The notes beneath the pieces are model-generated. The model was given only the letters and a program-made list of their open reading frames with translations. It did no database searches and was not told where the DNA came from. A stretch of DNA of 64,000 nucleotides from the human T2T-CHM13v2.0 reference genome, Homo sapiens, in NCBI RefSeq assembly GCF_009914755.1, contig NC_060947.1, one strand, 5' to 3'. The position numbers and the translations under genes are program-made. Shown here piece after piece: positions 42,390 to 56,298 of this stretch; the first letter of the stretch is position 1; each line of letters starts with the position of its first letter.

Positions 42390-43130
42390 CGAAATGCTGA
42401 TGCATATATTCATTTAAGATTTAGTGACAAGATAAGGTTGCCTGTTAGCACTGTTTGGATTTAACGTGGTATTAAAGGTTGCAAGCGGTGCATCAGACAA
42501 GGAAGATTAATACAGTTTTAAGAACTGGAAGGAAGAAGTTAAATTGTCATTATTTTTAGACAATCTAATTGTTTATGGAGAAAATTCAAGAAACTCAACA
42601 AGCTATTAGAACTAATAAGAAATTTCAACAAGGTTGGTGGATAAAAATAAAATTTGAAAAGCAGCGATATTCCAATACATCAGAAACAACCAATTAAAAA
42701 TGTAATTTTAAGAATCCTATTAACATGAGCAAGAAACACTTAGGAATAAATGTAATAAAAAATATAAACAACTTGACATAAAAAAACTGGGTGGAGAGTA
42801 CTACATGTTTGTAGATGTTATTTCGACAAAAATCCCAGTAGTTGTGTGTGTGTGTTTGTGTGTGTGTAATTTGATAAGATGATCTTAAAATACAAACAGG
42901 ATGGTAAAAAGCCAAGACCACCAAGCCAATTTGAAAAATAAATAAATAAAAGCAAGGTGCAAGAACATGACCTAACATATATATACATATATATGTAGAA
43001 ATATATATGTAGATATATATATACATATGTATATGGATATTTATATATGTAGATATATATAGCAATATTACATTAATTTAAACAGTATAGTGTTGCTACA
43101 GAGACTGAAAAGTAGACCATTTATCATAGG
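42390..43130 (+). mobile_element. Decayed L1M ORF2 fragment with embedded (TG)n and (TA)-rich repeats
   Basis: 'ggaagaagttaaattgtcattattt', 'ctattagaactaataagaaatttcaacaaggttg'; repeats at 42844-42867 and about 42977-43061. Confidence 0.55.
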
Positions 43131-44516
43131 AAACTGTAAGCATTTCTGTGTGAGTGTGCTTATGTATTGAAGTGTGTGAATGTGTGTCCTATTTTAAAAT
43201 AGAAGTATTCTAGTCTCAGTTCTCATTGAAGCATGAAGACAATAAATCCTATACTCCAAAGACACCACCATACAAACATTTCAAAGTCAAAATATGACAA
43301 TTGTTTATTTTGCCTCTGAGCCCTTTTCTTTCATAGAGGATGTAGAAAGCAGTGGAGACTTGGAGGGGGGTTTGTGAAGAAAATTTCTTTGGTAGTTGCT
43401 GTCTCACTGCAAACTCCTGCCAGGGCAGGACAGTTCGGATTGCTCTCCCTTTGCCTCAGGTCCAAGGAGAAGAAAGGACTGTGAGAAGTTGGTATGGAGG
43501 TCCTAATGGACTGGTGCTGGGCCCCTTCCATGAAGTTTAGAGGCTGTGTAAGGAGCAGGGACCTGCGTTGGCGATGGAGCAAGTGCCCCTGTGCTGAGAT
43601 TGGCTTCCACTCTTGGACTTTGCTGGTGCTAAGGGTGTCAGAGTGGTTCCTGTGGATGAGATGGGGCCACGTGCAGAAGAGAGAGCCAGCCTGGAGCTTT
43701 ACACAACCCTGTCCTAGAGAACCACCAGGAGGGGCAAAGAGATTCCAAGAGAGAGTGATCTATATGGAGTGGGCACCTGAAGAGCAAGAGCCGAGAAAAG
43801 TAGCCAGCAAGGGGAGAGGCATTTGCCTGGCTCACAGGACATCCACCTCAATGCCTCAGGGGAAACGTTTGTTCAAAGAGAGAAAGTCAACTGTGGTGTC
43901 TGCCAGGCCCAGAGAGTATAAAGTCATCTTTTACTCCCTCTTCTCTCCTTAGCTCCTTTATAATCAGAAAGCTGGGGAGCAAGGTAGGGGCAGGGAATTG
44001 GAGGCTTTAGGCAGAGAGACAAAGGGGAAGGATCATGTACTGTTCTACAACACAGTCCTCATGTCTGCAGAAGGCCCAGCTGGGTGCAAAAATATAACTT
44101 TAAATCAGTTTGAGTTTTGATCATTATATAGGACTAAACTTTCATATGTATGTATATATTCAGGCTCCTGCTATAACACCAAGTATGCATTTCTGAAAAA
44201 CCTCTCATGTTGCAAAATCACACACTATAAATAACTGGCTTATGGGAAAAATAGAGTTGGGGCAGACCACTCAAAATATATGGAAATTTCTAACTAGACT
44301 ACTAACAAAACCATAACAATTCTAATAAAAACCCTGGCATAGTTCCATCTCCACCAATATTTACACTCAGCCTCACAATCAGCTGATCCTTGTCTGCTCT
44401 TGGCCATAGATTTCTTTCACATTTGAGATGCAGGATAGTGAGGGCATTCAATTATGATGAGAACTTTAATCAAAACAAAAAATCAGATGCAGAGTGCAGA
44501 CATTTTAAAATCAAGG

Positions 44517-44631
44517 TCCTTCCTTCCTCCCGCTTCCCTCTCCACTTCCACATCCTCCCTCTCTCCCTCCCTCCTTTCCTCCTTCCCTCCTTTCCTCCCT
44601 TCCTCTCACTCTCTCTCCCTTCCTTCCTTCT
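44517..44631. repeat. CT-rich (CCTT/CCCT) low-complexity tract
   Basis: Polypyrimidine tract visible. Confidence 0.8.
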
Positions 44632-45924
44632 AATTGGCCAGCTTCATGTAATATCTTGTTGACGGCAAATAATCTCAGTGTCAAATTTTGGAAGATCCTA
44701 AGAAGTCATTTAATTGAAATTATTGAAAGGAAACTTTCAGCAAAACCATGAAGGATGCTCATCGGCACACTGGCCCACCTAGGCTCTTATTTCTTCATCA
44801 TCATTTGCTCAGCTTATCTTGATTGCTTGATCAATGGGTTATTTTGCCAGCCATCTTTTCCTTCATTTGGCCCTTCATCCACTACTCAGCTGCCAGGCCC
44901 AAGTCTCCATGGTCTGTGTCTGATTTGTGTTGTGATACAGAACTTAAAAACAGCCAGCTAAACTACATAAAAAATAAATACTTCCAAATACCACCTAAAA
45001 ACCTAATGGCATGGCTCTGATAACTATGTCTAGGAAATGTAAAATGTAAAAGAAAAATTTCAATTCAACACTAAACATGTACTGGATGCTTGAAAAAGAA
45101 AAATATCCATTTCTCTACCAATGACCACCAACCATAGGTAGTTGCATCCATGGCAGGAAAGAGTCAAGAGGAAGAGGTAGACCAGAGGGAAAAACAGATG
45201 GATAATAAGAAAAATAAGCCATCAGGTTACCAAGTTGAATTCTAGCAGAGTCTCTGTTGAAACTTCTCTCTCCTTCTACCACTGTCTCAGCCCATGCCTC
45301 CCTCAGGGTACTCACCTCATTCCCTGGTGACCAAGTCTTCTGGGTCTACTGCACATTTATTTAATAAGTATCTTGGCTGCACTCGGTTCCATTGATTGTG
45401 AACTTCTCACTTTTCATAACAAAATCTGTAGCCTGTAACAGCAGTGTGACTGAGAAAATTGCAATCCTGTTTCCAAGTGATCCACAGAGATCAGAACAAT
45501 TCCTGAGGAACACTGTTTCTTTTGAACTATGTAATCTTCTTTTGTGGTCCTATGGTATCCAAAGGAAATCTAACCTTGTGACTTTATCAGGGACCAGAGA
45601 GAAAAGCATCTAGAATCCAAGATGAGTAACTGGCATTTAGGTTTGATAGGACACAATGGATTTAAATTGTTTCTGAGGTTAATCTTTTTTCCTTGACTTT
45701 GAAATTGTTTATTATTGGTCAGAGGCCCATGTTTCCCACACAATGATAGAGCTGGAATCAAGGTTCTTATCCACTTGTTTCCAAAGTCCAGGCTTAGGTA
45801 ACAAGGTCATTAAATTCAGAATAATGGACATAGTTTGCTAGGGAATTTAAGGGTATGATATCTTTGTGACTTGGTAGGCATTGTATCACCACAAAGGGAG
45901 CAGATTCCCTGTTGTACAATACGA

Positions 45925-46100
45925 AATTAGAATCCCAGCAATGATTCTTGCCCACCGTGTGACTTTGGGCAAGTTTCTTAACCTCTCTGAGTTTCTACAT
46001 CTGTATAGAGGGAGTAAGGATTTATACATAATGAAGTTGTGAGAATTAAATGAGATTATGCATGTCAAGTACCGCATGCAGTGCCTGGAACATTTGGAAA
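45925..46100 (+). mobile_element. MIR SINE
   Basis: 'gtgtgactttgggcaagtttcttaacctctctgagtttctacatctgta...gtgcctggaaca'. Confidence 0.75.
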
Positions 46101-46179
46101 CAGTCAAATAGTACCTTGCTACTCCATTTTTGAGCCCTGTATTACTTTTTGGGAATTGAGCTGACTGGAACAAGTTTGA

Positions 46180-46525
46180 TGTTTGTCTTAGTAAGGATGG
46201 GCTATGTTATACTGTCATAAAAAATAATCCTAAAATATCAGTGTCTTATAACAACAAAGGCTAGCTTCCTTCTTTCTGGGACCCTAGGTAGCAGAGTGGC
46301 CTCGTCCTGGAACATTGCCAGTAGTTGTGGCAAAGAAAAAGGGAACATGGCGAGGAAGAGATTGGCCCTTAAAACCTCCATCCAGAACTGACACACATCA
46401 CTTCTGCCCACATTCATTGGTCAAGGCAAGTGACTTGGCCATACATAGGTTCAACAGAATGGAGAAATATACTCCTTCCACGTGGACAAGCAGCAAATAT
46501 TGGTGAAGAATAGTAGTTTACCACA
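46180..46525 (-). mobile_element. Old MaLR LTR (MLT1J/K/L-like)
   Basis: 'cacatcacttctgcccacattcattggtcaaggcaagtgacttggcc...tttaccaca'. Confidence 0.55.
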
Positions 46526-48265
46526 GGGTTGGTTCAGCTGAATGTTTATTTTCCAGCTTTATTTCTCTGAACTCTCCAGACAAACATGTGGAGTGAGTAT
46601 CTGATCATATGATTATCCACTCATATGAGAAGTTTTTGTATAATCCTACCTACTTATCCTTTAAGTATCAACTCAGATGCTGCTTCCACCATAGTCTTTT
46701 GGGATTCTCCTTGCTGAAAAATAAACTCTTTCCACTGTGGTATGACACTTTTCTTCCTAGGGCATGCACCACACACTTTCATGGATTATAATGTATTATT
46801 TGTATAGATTTTTTTTCTTGAGAGTAATTATCTTCAAGGAGTTTACAATCTGTATCTTATTAATCTTTAGGAAAATACCTAGTTCAGTGTCTTGCACATA
46901 ATTGATTCAAATATTTATAGAGACAGACTGAAGATCTGAGGTGAGAAGTGATAATATTGGTGGGCAAGGTGGAGGAAAGTGGGTGTTACACAACAGAGAA
47001 GGGTCTCCTCTTGAAGGCAAATATATGTTTTCTGGAAAAACCTTGGTAGTAATCATGGGAAACTCCCTGGGGAAACTGGATGTCAGCTGAGACTCCTGAG
47101 AACTACTTGTGCAGGGTTCAGAAAGGACAGAGGCTGTTAGAGAAAATTAAAGTCATCAGACAAATATATCAGCTAGTTTATAATTAGCAATTACTGCAGG
47201 AAGGAGAAACATTTATCCCATTCTGACAACAAAGATTGCATAATTGCACCAAGAGTGTTTGCCCACACCCTTTCCAAGATGTGTTAAGCATTTACAAACA
47301 GAAACAAATAGCCTTAACATTGGTGGGAGCAGCAAGAAAACAGGCTTTCTTAGGCTGTCACTGATCCATGAACACTAGGCAACAACATGGTTACCATGTG
47401 GGTGGATGAACCGTGTCTCCATGTTCATTTTCTTTACCAATAATCTCTAGTGCTTAGTCAGGTCTGAGAAAGAACCAAGAAAAATCAATTCATCCCCAGT
47501 TACTGGAGATACCAATAAATCACCTGTATATTTTTAATTCAATTATTAGGTATTGAGAATCTACTATGTGCCAGACAGTGATAGCTTGAGTCTACCCAGT
47601 CTTTTAAATGACATAGAGTCTTATTCTCAATGCCTTTGTAAATGTTTTTCCCTCCACCTGAAATATTCTGATCTCTGTCCCCTACATACCCTTCTGGTTT
47701 TGCTTTAGACATCACATCAATTCGGAAGAATTTCTAGACCTCCAGACAAAGGTTTCAGTTCCCCCTTCAATGTGCTTTTATAACAATATAAACTTCCTCA
47801 CACACAAAAAAGCACAATTGTATTTTCTTGTTTAAATTGTCTGTAGTTTCCATTGGCCTATACACTCTTAGAAGGCAAGGCCTGTTTCTTGCTCACTTCT
47901 GTATCTCCTGCACCATTGTGATGCCTGATGAAAGTTGATTAATGTGTCATTATCTTTTTATGGCTATTATATGATTATATTATTACAATGTATTACCATG
48001 TCAATGCCCTATAATAGTGTTAAGTGTCTATGTACTTTTCAGGGATTTAGCCATTTGCAGCTAGCTGTAATTTTTGAAGAGCTATCTTCTATGTGTAGCG
48101 TGCTTTTTGTTTCAGTGAGCTAAACAAAGCCAGGTTTGTCTCTGTGACTATCTTGTGGTGTGGTCTTGGGAAATAACTTTACGTCTTCAAACTTTTTCCC
48201 TCATTTGTCAAAAAAGAATGTGAAATAAGAGATGCCATATGTTTGACATTCTGTGGTGGCAACTG

Positions 48266-48797
48266 TGTGGTGATTTTGAAACATGACCCAAACATTTTTT
48301 AACTCTCCTCCCATTGAGTGGTGGGGTCTATGTTCCCTCCTCTTGAATCTGGGCTCTGTGACTGATAGTCCAATAGAATATAGTAGAAATGATGCTGTGC
48401 CAGTTTCTAGGCCCAGACTAAGAAACTGACAGCTTCTACTTCCTGCATCTTGGGATGCTCACATTTGAAACTCAGCCACCATGCCGCAAGGAAGCCCAGG
48501 TATTCCAAAGAGAGGCCTGCCATGGAAAGGAACTGAGTTCCCTGGTCCCCCGTCCCAACTGAGCTCTCAGATAACAGCCAGCTCTAAGTTGCCAGCCATG
48601 TGAGTGAGCCATTTTGAAAGTGAATCCTGCAGGCTTCCATTGAGCTGCCCTAGCTGATGCTGTGTAAAGCACGGAGGAGCTGTTCCTGCCCAGCCCTTCT
48701 CAAATTGCAGATATAAGAATAAAGTAAATGATTGTTGTTGCTTTAAACCACTAGGTTTTGGAGTGGCTTGTTACACAGAAATAGATAATTGATATAC
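48266..48797 (+). mobile_element. MaLR LTR (MLT1G/H-like)
   Basis: 'tgtggtgattttgaaacatg...ccagccatgtgagtgagccattttg...ttgttacacagaaatagataattgatataca'. Confidence 0.8.
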
Positions 48798-49737
48798 ACC
48801 TTTTGCTACTTCACAGTGTCTCAGACCTTTCATCCACTACAATATTCTGGTATGTATAAAATTAACTCCAGACCTTTGAGAAATCAATGCTTACTCCAAA
48901 TTTATTACAGGAACAAAAGCAGTAAGGATGAGATGCCATTAAACGATCAAATGCTGGTTGAGTAGTGCCTCTCCTGGGCTTCACAGCAGAGGTTAATGGA
49001 GAAAACTTTGGTTAAATTAACTGATGTAGGTGACAAATGGGCCAACCACTCTCCATTGGAATGTAAGTTCTATGATTGGTGATAACTCTTTGAAGGACTT
49101 TCTGGAGATGACTGTCAATTACGGGTGGATCCCCAAACCACATGGGAGGCTTTCCCTTCATTTATTTTGTGCAAAGTAATGTTCTCAACAATAGCACTGA
49201 GGTATCCATTTACCACTGCCCCCCTCAGTGGCCTGGGGCTTGGAGCCGAGACCATTTCTTTCAAATGGCATTATGCTACATATAAAATAAGATATTTACA
49301 TCCTCCAATAAATAAGTCTCTAGGTGAAACAGTCTAGGGTGCATAATGAAGAGAAGCTCTTCTTTTTCACTAGCTAAGACGTCAATCTTCAACAGGCTTG
49401 GGAAATAAGGATTGATGGTGACATCTTTGTGCTACCATTGTGGTTTCTGGGACTGGTGGCTTCTGGACTAGGTACCAGGACCGAACTTCTGTGATTACTC
49501 TTCTACGGGAGGGAGTTGCTTTTCCCCCTTAGAGCACAATGGTTGTGAGCAACAGCCCTGGAGCCAAATAATCTGGGTAAAAGCCCAGCTCACTAGCTGC
49601 ATGACCTTGTACAAGTTACTAGGCCTTTCTATGCCTCCATTTTCTCATCATGGTGATAATACTAGTGACTGTTTAATATGGTTGTTTTTCTAAGGTTAAA
49701 CAAATTAATATGTATAAAGCATTTAGAACAATGCCTG

Positions 49738-50143
49738 TAATATTGTTTGGATGTTCATCCCCTCTGAATTCATGTTGAAATGTGAGCTCCAATGTTGGAG
49801 GTGGGCGCAGTGGGAGGTATTTCAGTCACGGAGGCAGATCCTTCATGAATAGCTTGGTGCTGTCCTCTTGGTAATGAGTGAGTTCTGACTCTATGAGTTC
49901 ACACAAGATCTGGTTGTTTAAAAGAGCCTGGCACCTCCTCCCTGTCTCTCTTGCTATGTGATATGCCTGCTACCCCTTTACCTCCTGCCATGATTGGAAG
50001 CTTTCTGAGGCCTTCACTAGATGCAGATGCTGACACCATGCTTACTGTACAGCCTGCAGAACCATGAGCCAAATAACCCTCTTTTCTTCATACATTTCCC
50101 AGCCTCAGGTATTTCTTTATAGCAGTGCAAATGGAGTAACACA
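49738..50143 (+). mobile_element. MSTB-like MaLR LTR inserted in a MIR (MIR about 49535-49737 and 50144-50190)
   Basis: 'catgttgaaatgtgagctccaatgttggaggtggg...cagcctcaggtatttctttatagcagtgcaaatggagtaacaca'; imperfect 5-bp TSD gcctg/acctg. Confidence 0.85.
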
Positions 50144-50574
50144 ACCTGCAATGTAGAAAGCACTATATAAGTGTTAGCTATTACTATTACTGTTAATATT
50201 GTCATTAGTTAATTTTATTTTTATTTTCTTCTTACCTTACAGCTGATTACCTTGCCTATAATCAGATCCTTTATGTATGGACACCAAGCAGAGCTGCCAC
50301 ATTCAGAAGGCCTTTTATTAATTGCAAAAGTGCAAAGCATACCATTGGAACAGGGAACACTTTGGGCATCCTCTTTTCCTCTCTTATTCCTGGGACTTTG
50401 TCCGCCACAGCACTCTCCTCTTAGTTATTCCTCCTCCTAGGAACTACCCACTCCCATTCCACTTCTACTAGTCCCTTTTTATACCATCTTTTGAATAACA
50501 TATTTGAGAAAAGATTTGGGGTTTGAGGCCTCGTATATTTTGGGAGTTTTTTTCCCCCAACACTCAGGTTTAAG

Positions 50575-51008
50575 TCTACACCTCAGATTGCATTCCCTGG
50601 AAATGGATTCTAGATAGAATTGTGTGTAGAAGGTTTACTGGGTTGTGCTCCAGAGAAATACACGCAGAAGGAAGTGAGGAAGGCAGGACTGGACAAAGGC
50701 AGAAGACTCATGATGGGGTTGCTACAGAAGCCTCAGTTGATCCTATGGGGAGTGCTAGATCAGGGAAGGCCCTTCAAGTTGTGCCAAATTGAGGTTTATG
50801 GGGCCAGGCTTTTGAATCTCCAAATCAGACACTGAAGCCGAACTACCTGGAGGAGGCATAAACTTGGGCAGGCTGTTTCTCATAGGCAAGGGCACTTCAT
50901 GTGAAGGGGTGCAGCTGTGAATCATCTGCAGCTGATAGTTCCAGCAGCTGTGGATGGGTGCATTGACCCTGAGAAGAGGATCTGGACAGAGCACCACAGT
51001 GTCCACTA
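50575..51008 (-). mobile_element. ERVL LTR (LTR16-like)
   Basis: 'gtgtagaaggtttactggg', 'gaaggcaggactggacaaagg', 'ggatctggacagagcaccacagtgtccac'. Confidence 0.5.
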
Positions 51009-51349
51009 ATGCAGACAATTTGTTTCAAGAAAGATATATTTCTAGTGAAAAGAGCTTTGAAGTATACTCACAAGGGGTATACGACCCAGGCAAATTATTG
51101 AATCTCTCTCACCCTCCTTTTCTCCTATACATTGGAGATGAGATCATTTCTAAAGGCTAACAGGGCTCTGCGACTGCATCTTTCCTACGGGGAATACTCA
51201 GTCAAGTCTAGCTCCCGTCCCATCTTGCTCAATTGCATGACACCAAAAATCTTAGGTCCAGAAATTCTAGCCCCGGTATTTTCAAATGGCTCTGGGGCCT
51301 GTATGTCTGTTCTCACTTAGCGCTAGCCCTGAGGGCAGGAAGTGAATGC

Positions 51350-51530
51350 CACTTAAGCACCTACAATGAGCCAGGCTCTCTGCCAGCTCATGTCACCTTC
51401 ACCACAACACTGAGGGCAGGTGTTAGGTCCTCATTTTACACAGGAGGAAACTGAAGCTCAGACAGGTGAAACGACTTGCTTAAGGTTATACGGCTAATAA
51501 GGGGCAGAGACAAGACTCAAATCCATGTTC
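51350..51530 (-). mobile_element. MIR SINE
   Basis: 'cattttacacaggaggaaactgaagctcagacaggtgaaacgacttgcttaaggt'. Confidence 0.7.
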
Positions 51531-54500
51531 ATACACTGCTTCATGTACTGCTGCCCTGGCCCAGGTATAATGCTCTTCACTTTAAAGCCCAAGCTTCCAG
51601 AATATAGCTGGAAACAAAAAATTAAAATTTTAAGGGGGATTAATATTTTACAAATATTGATGTAATTTTCTATTCTGCCTTCCTGAGCATGTGATTGTAC
51701 TCTAGTTGGCTCATGATACCCAAGTACCTAGAAATATTTTTGAAGCTATGTGTCTGTATGTGTGTCTGGGTATGTGTTAGGGTTAAGAAATGTTAAGGAA
51801 TACAGAAAGAGCATGACCATATTTGCAGAATATGATTGTGCAGCAGGGCAACAGCCTTGTAAGTCAGGCTATAGTCTTAGAAAAGGATTTGCTCAGTTTT
51901 TAAAGCTCATTCCCTTTTTACAACATAGCATATCCAGCCTCAAGGGCCCAGAGTAGAACTAAAACACACTGAGTCCACACAGCAAAGCCATGAATCTTGC
52001 TGCTCAGTACTAGAAGGAGAATATGACCCAGGGAACTAAGAGATAGCTGAACCCCTTTCCCTCCCAGAAGAAAGTGGGAAGGAGAAAGAGGTAAGAGGAA
52101 AATGGAGATCAAACTAAGCTGTTATGCGTCCCTGATTGTTTTCGCTCCAGGTGTCAGTAAGGAGATGGTGAGGGGATTTAGAGAAATTAGGGTAATGCCA
52201 AGAGTGAATGAGGCATAGCATGGCTGGACAGAGGAAGCCCCTAGGTTAAACTTTGTGGTACTGCCAGTGTTCAATTCCTGGACTTGGAGTTACCATAGAC
52301 TTGGAGTTGAGAATCCATGGACTTTTCCCAGGGATCCCCTGTGACAGAATGAAGAACAATTTTACTGAGTCTTGGGGTAGATATCTGGGCCAACAGGCAT
52401 GATGGAGCACTTGGCAGAGACCCAGGGATTGGTCAGTAACCAGTGGGGGTTGAAGTGAAGCCAAGTCACCACTGAGTTGGAAACAAGCTGAGAGGGTTAG
52501 CAAACAAGGGATTTACCACCCACAGCCCTCAGTGGATAGTGGGGACACAGTAAATAGTCCATTCAAAAGGGGACTAAGGTGTTCCCCTTATTGCTTTGGA
52601 GGCAGAGGTCACCATGCCTGAGGAACTCAAGCTCTTCCTGCCATCATGAGGATGCATTAGTCCCCCAAGTCCTGTCCCATTGAATAATAGTGTGTTAGAT
52701 ATTATTTTCCCTATTCCCACACAGGATTCATTTTCATCCTTTTCTGCACCTACCAGCTCCCTTGACTTCTGGCTTCTGGCTGCCTTTGGCTAATGGACAT
52801 CACCAGCAGGAAGGCAAGAGTGTGGGTAGAAAGATTGGGCTTATTTTCTTCCTGCTCCCTCCATACCTGACAGTGGATTAAAGGGGACTGCATTCCCCGG
52901 ATGAAGGTCACAGCTTCTAATGAGCAGCCCTCTCCCATAGCCATAAGCCTCACCAGGCTCTGGAACTCTTACCTCCTTTTACTCTTTTAGGCTTAGGGGT
53001 GGCAGCATCCTCCTACTGTTGTGGGCCTTAGGTGCTTTCCCATCTCTTGTTGGCTTCTCTTAACCCTATCTACACCTTTGAAAAATAGACCCTTAATTAA
53101 ATGAACCCCTTTTGACTGTGGTTTCCATCTGGATAGAATGACTTTCTGTACTGGTTTGCCCCCAGACAGTCCCAGTCTATTCCAATTATTCCAGTATAAT
53201 TATTTCAGCATCCTGCTTTACTCTCAGAAGTTCCTGGTTTGGACAGTATCCTACTCCTGGGACCCTGACTGCTGTAGCATCTTAGGGAGGGTGGCAGGAG
53301 GAAGTGTTATAGGTTATATTTGAACCATACTGCGCCTTTAACTAACTGGCTTTCCTGCACACTCACAGGAAGGTATCCAATTAGTTATAGACGCAATCAA
53401 AGAAGCTAAATTTCCTCTACACTTGCAGGTTGTGATGTGAATGATTTTTCAAGTCCTATTTCTCAATCGTCACTCCTGGGGGACAGGACTCTACCTTATG
53501 CATCTCTGCCAGCTCAGCTATACCAAGTTCCCTGTCTGGCCCAATGTTCATAAACACTGTCTGAATGAACAATAAAGGAATGGTGTCACTATATTCAATC
53601 AGCGTGACAACTCACTCACACATAGAGGTAACTATGGCACCAGTTCTTACAGGAGCTGCACATATTTCACAGAAGAAGATGCTGTTAAAGAAAAAGGAAT
53701 GGGAGGAATGGATGTGTGTGTGTGTAGGTTTGGACATGAGATTATAATCTAAATACGAATTCACAATGAAGTCTCATTTCTGTTATTAGGGTGAGCATGA
53801 AATTTAAAGATCTGCCTGCAGATACTGTGGTCCCAACAACGAGCATCCCTGAGTGCAGTCAGCCTCCTTGCATCAGGAGTTAGAACTCACTGCCTCTACC
53901 TCCTGCCTGACCTCTTTCTCCCTTTATCTGAACAAATATGAATAGAAGAATCTCAGTAGAACTCATTTGTTTCTCTTGAGAAGCAGGAGTCTGGGGTACT
54001 CAACGACCACAACTGCCTATGACAACTTCTCAGAAACTCAACCAGCCAAGAGTAGCCTTAGCCCTTCTGGGTGGGCTTGCACTTTCTCTCAGGCAATGAT
54101 GTTCATTACTGAGATGCTGGTGGCCAGAGGTGGGTGTTGTGACAGGGAGTTTCCTGTGCACCTTGAGCCAGGCCTGGGTGATTCCACAGTTGTAGTCCTG
54201 AAAATGACACTTATCTCATACTCATCATGGTGGGTCTCTGAGTACTCTTCGATTTTGACTACCGCTCCTCTGGGCTCTTTCTCCCTGCCATACAGGGCTC
54301 ACCCTCATATTAAGCAACCTCTATCCTCAGGTCCGGGATCCATTTGGGGTCACCTTTTTGCTACAGCAACTTGTCATGACCTCCCCTGCGGTGGACTTGT
54401 TATTTATGGGCTCCTTCTTACCTTTTCTCTGGCCATGACCACAAGCATCCCTGAGATTCCTGATAGAGTCTCTGCATTCTGATTCTAGCTCCTTACGACT

Positions 54501-54555
54501 GCCCCCACTTGTTTCCTATACCCTAAAAGGACAATGGGTTCCCCAACTCAAGAGA

Positions 54556-55090
54556 TGTGTCATGCTTAACACATGACTGCACATTTTTGTCACTCGTCCC
54601 ATCAAGAGCTAAAGTCTAATCCCCTTCCTCTTGAACATGGCCTGGCCATAGTGGTTTGCTTCTAACAAATAAAATGCAAAGAAAATTATTCTTTGTGATT
54701 AGACCTAAACTACATATTAAATTATTTCATCTTAAAAGATGAGACAGCATTGGCCTGGCTCTCTGTCTTTTTTGAGAGGCTCACTCTTGAAACCCAACCC
54801 AGGCACCAGAGACAGGCCACAGGTGGGTGTTCTGGCCTACGACCCCAGCAGAGGTCCTTGTTAACAGCCAGCATTAACCACCAGATACATGAGTAAGGAC
54901 ACCTTCATGAGAACTCCAGTTCCAGTCTCTGTCTGACTGCAACCATTTAAGAGACCCTCAAGAGAAAACCAGCTAGCCGAGCCCAGTCAACCCCCAGGCC
55001 TATGAAAGATAATATTAATAAATGGTTGTTGCTGTTTTAATGCCATCGTGTTTGGGGTGGTTTCTTAGGCAGCTATAGACAACCATAATG
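54556..55090 (+). mobile_element. MaLR LTR (MLT1H-like)
   Basis: 'cagccagcattaaccaccagatacatgagt', 'tttggggtggtttcttaggcagctatagacaacc'. Confidence 0.65.
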
Positions 55091-55328
55091 AGAGGCAAGA
55101 AGAACTTGGATAAAGCTCCCAGAGAGCCAGAGGCTGATTAAAAGGTTATATATAAAACATGATAACATGCTGGGGAGGCTGAGCTTCTAGCCAACCAAAG
55201 GAAAGATCAAGAGGAAATTTAAAAAATATCTTTAAAAACGCAACAAAGGAGACTAAACCTTCTTGAGTTCCAGTGAGGACAGCATAACAAGAAATCAGCT
55301 TAAATTGTAGCATGACAATTTGGGATTG

Positions 55329-55432
55329 ATGTAAGCAGTGATTTTTGAGTGGGGAAAAAGCCCTGGGTAGTCATATTTTCACATATCATATATCCCCTTT
55401 ATTGTCCTCCTACCCAGTTAGGTGCCTGCCCT
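55329..55432 (+). repeat. Copy 1 of a 104-bp dispersed direct repeat
   Basis: 'atgtaagcagt...cccagttaggtgcctgccct' recurs at 56194-56298. Confidence 0.93.
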
Positions 55433-55855
55433 TCCTTCATGTTCACTGTGGTTTCTAAAAACTATTAATACAAAATATAATAAATACAGATTGAAGATAA
55501 AATGCATTAATTAGTTTATAGATATTCATTATTTGGGTTTTAAAGAATTAACAAAGAAATTATGTCCAAACAAGATTTCCTTAGAACAGTGTCATCTCCT
55601 TAAATAGTATGATTTTTTAAAAATTAACACACCTGGGTTAGTTGGTTTGGAGCTATGTAATATAATTTGCCAAAAAGATTCATGTAGAAGTGTGTACTGG
55701 AGAGATATCACTTAGCATTCTCGTTATACATGAGACTATTTTGCAATTCCATGGCTTTCAACTTTCTTCAACCTGGAAGCACCCCCATCTTACCTCATCT
55801 GCCTGTACAGTTACCTGTTGCTAAGTAACAACTGCACCCTACCCAAAATAAAATA

Positions 55856-56189
55856 TAGCCTACCTTCCGTATCTGTGGGTTTCACATATGTGGATTCAAC
55901 CAACCATAAATTGAAAATATTTGAAAAAAATAAAATGGATGGTTGCATCTGTACTGACAAGTAGACATTTTTTCTTGTCATTATTGCCTAGAGTGTAACA
56001 ACTATTTACATAGCATTTACATTGTATTAGGTATTATGAGTAATCTAGAGATGATTTAGTATACAGGAGGATGTGCAAAGGTTATGTGAAAATACTATAC
56101 TAGTTTATACCAGGGACTTGGGCATCATTGGATTTTGGTATCCTCAGGGTCCTGGAACCAATCCCTCCACAAGTATGAAGGGACAACTA
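55856..56189 (-). mobile_element. MER2 (TcMar-Tigger MITE)
   Basis: 'gtggattcaaccaacc...gtaatctagagatgattta...gtcctggaaccaatccctc'; TA at both flanks. Confidence 0.85.
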
Positions 56190-56193
56190 TATT

Positions 56194-56298
56194 ATGTAAG
56201 CAGTTATTTTTGAGTGGGGGAAAAAGCCATGGGTATTCATATTTTCACATATCATATATTGCCTTTATTGTCCTCCTACCCAGTTAGGTGCCTGCCCT
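56194..56298 (+). repeat. Copy 2 of the dispersed direct repeat
   Basis: Matches 55329-55432 with 5 substitutions and 1 indel by eye. Confidence 0.93.

Noticed and set aside
43230-44330. Purine-rich block with ORF 43494-43952 and a CTCF-like 'accaccaggaggggc'
   Set aside because: Probably old LTR/DNA-transposon sequence I cannot name; the ORF is unrecognisable and the motif spacing does not match CTCF well.
53967-54482. Longest non-repeat ORF (171 aa)
   Set aside because: Non-ATG start, no recognisable domain, no convincing splice context; consistent with chance.
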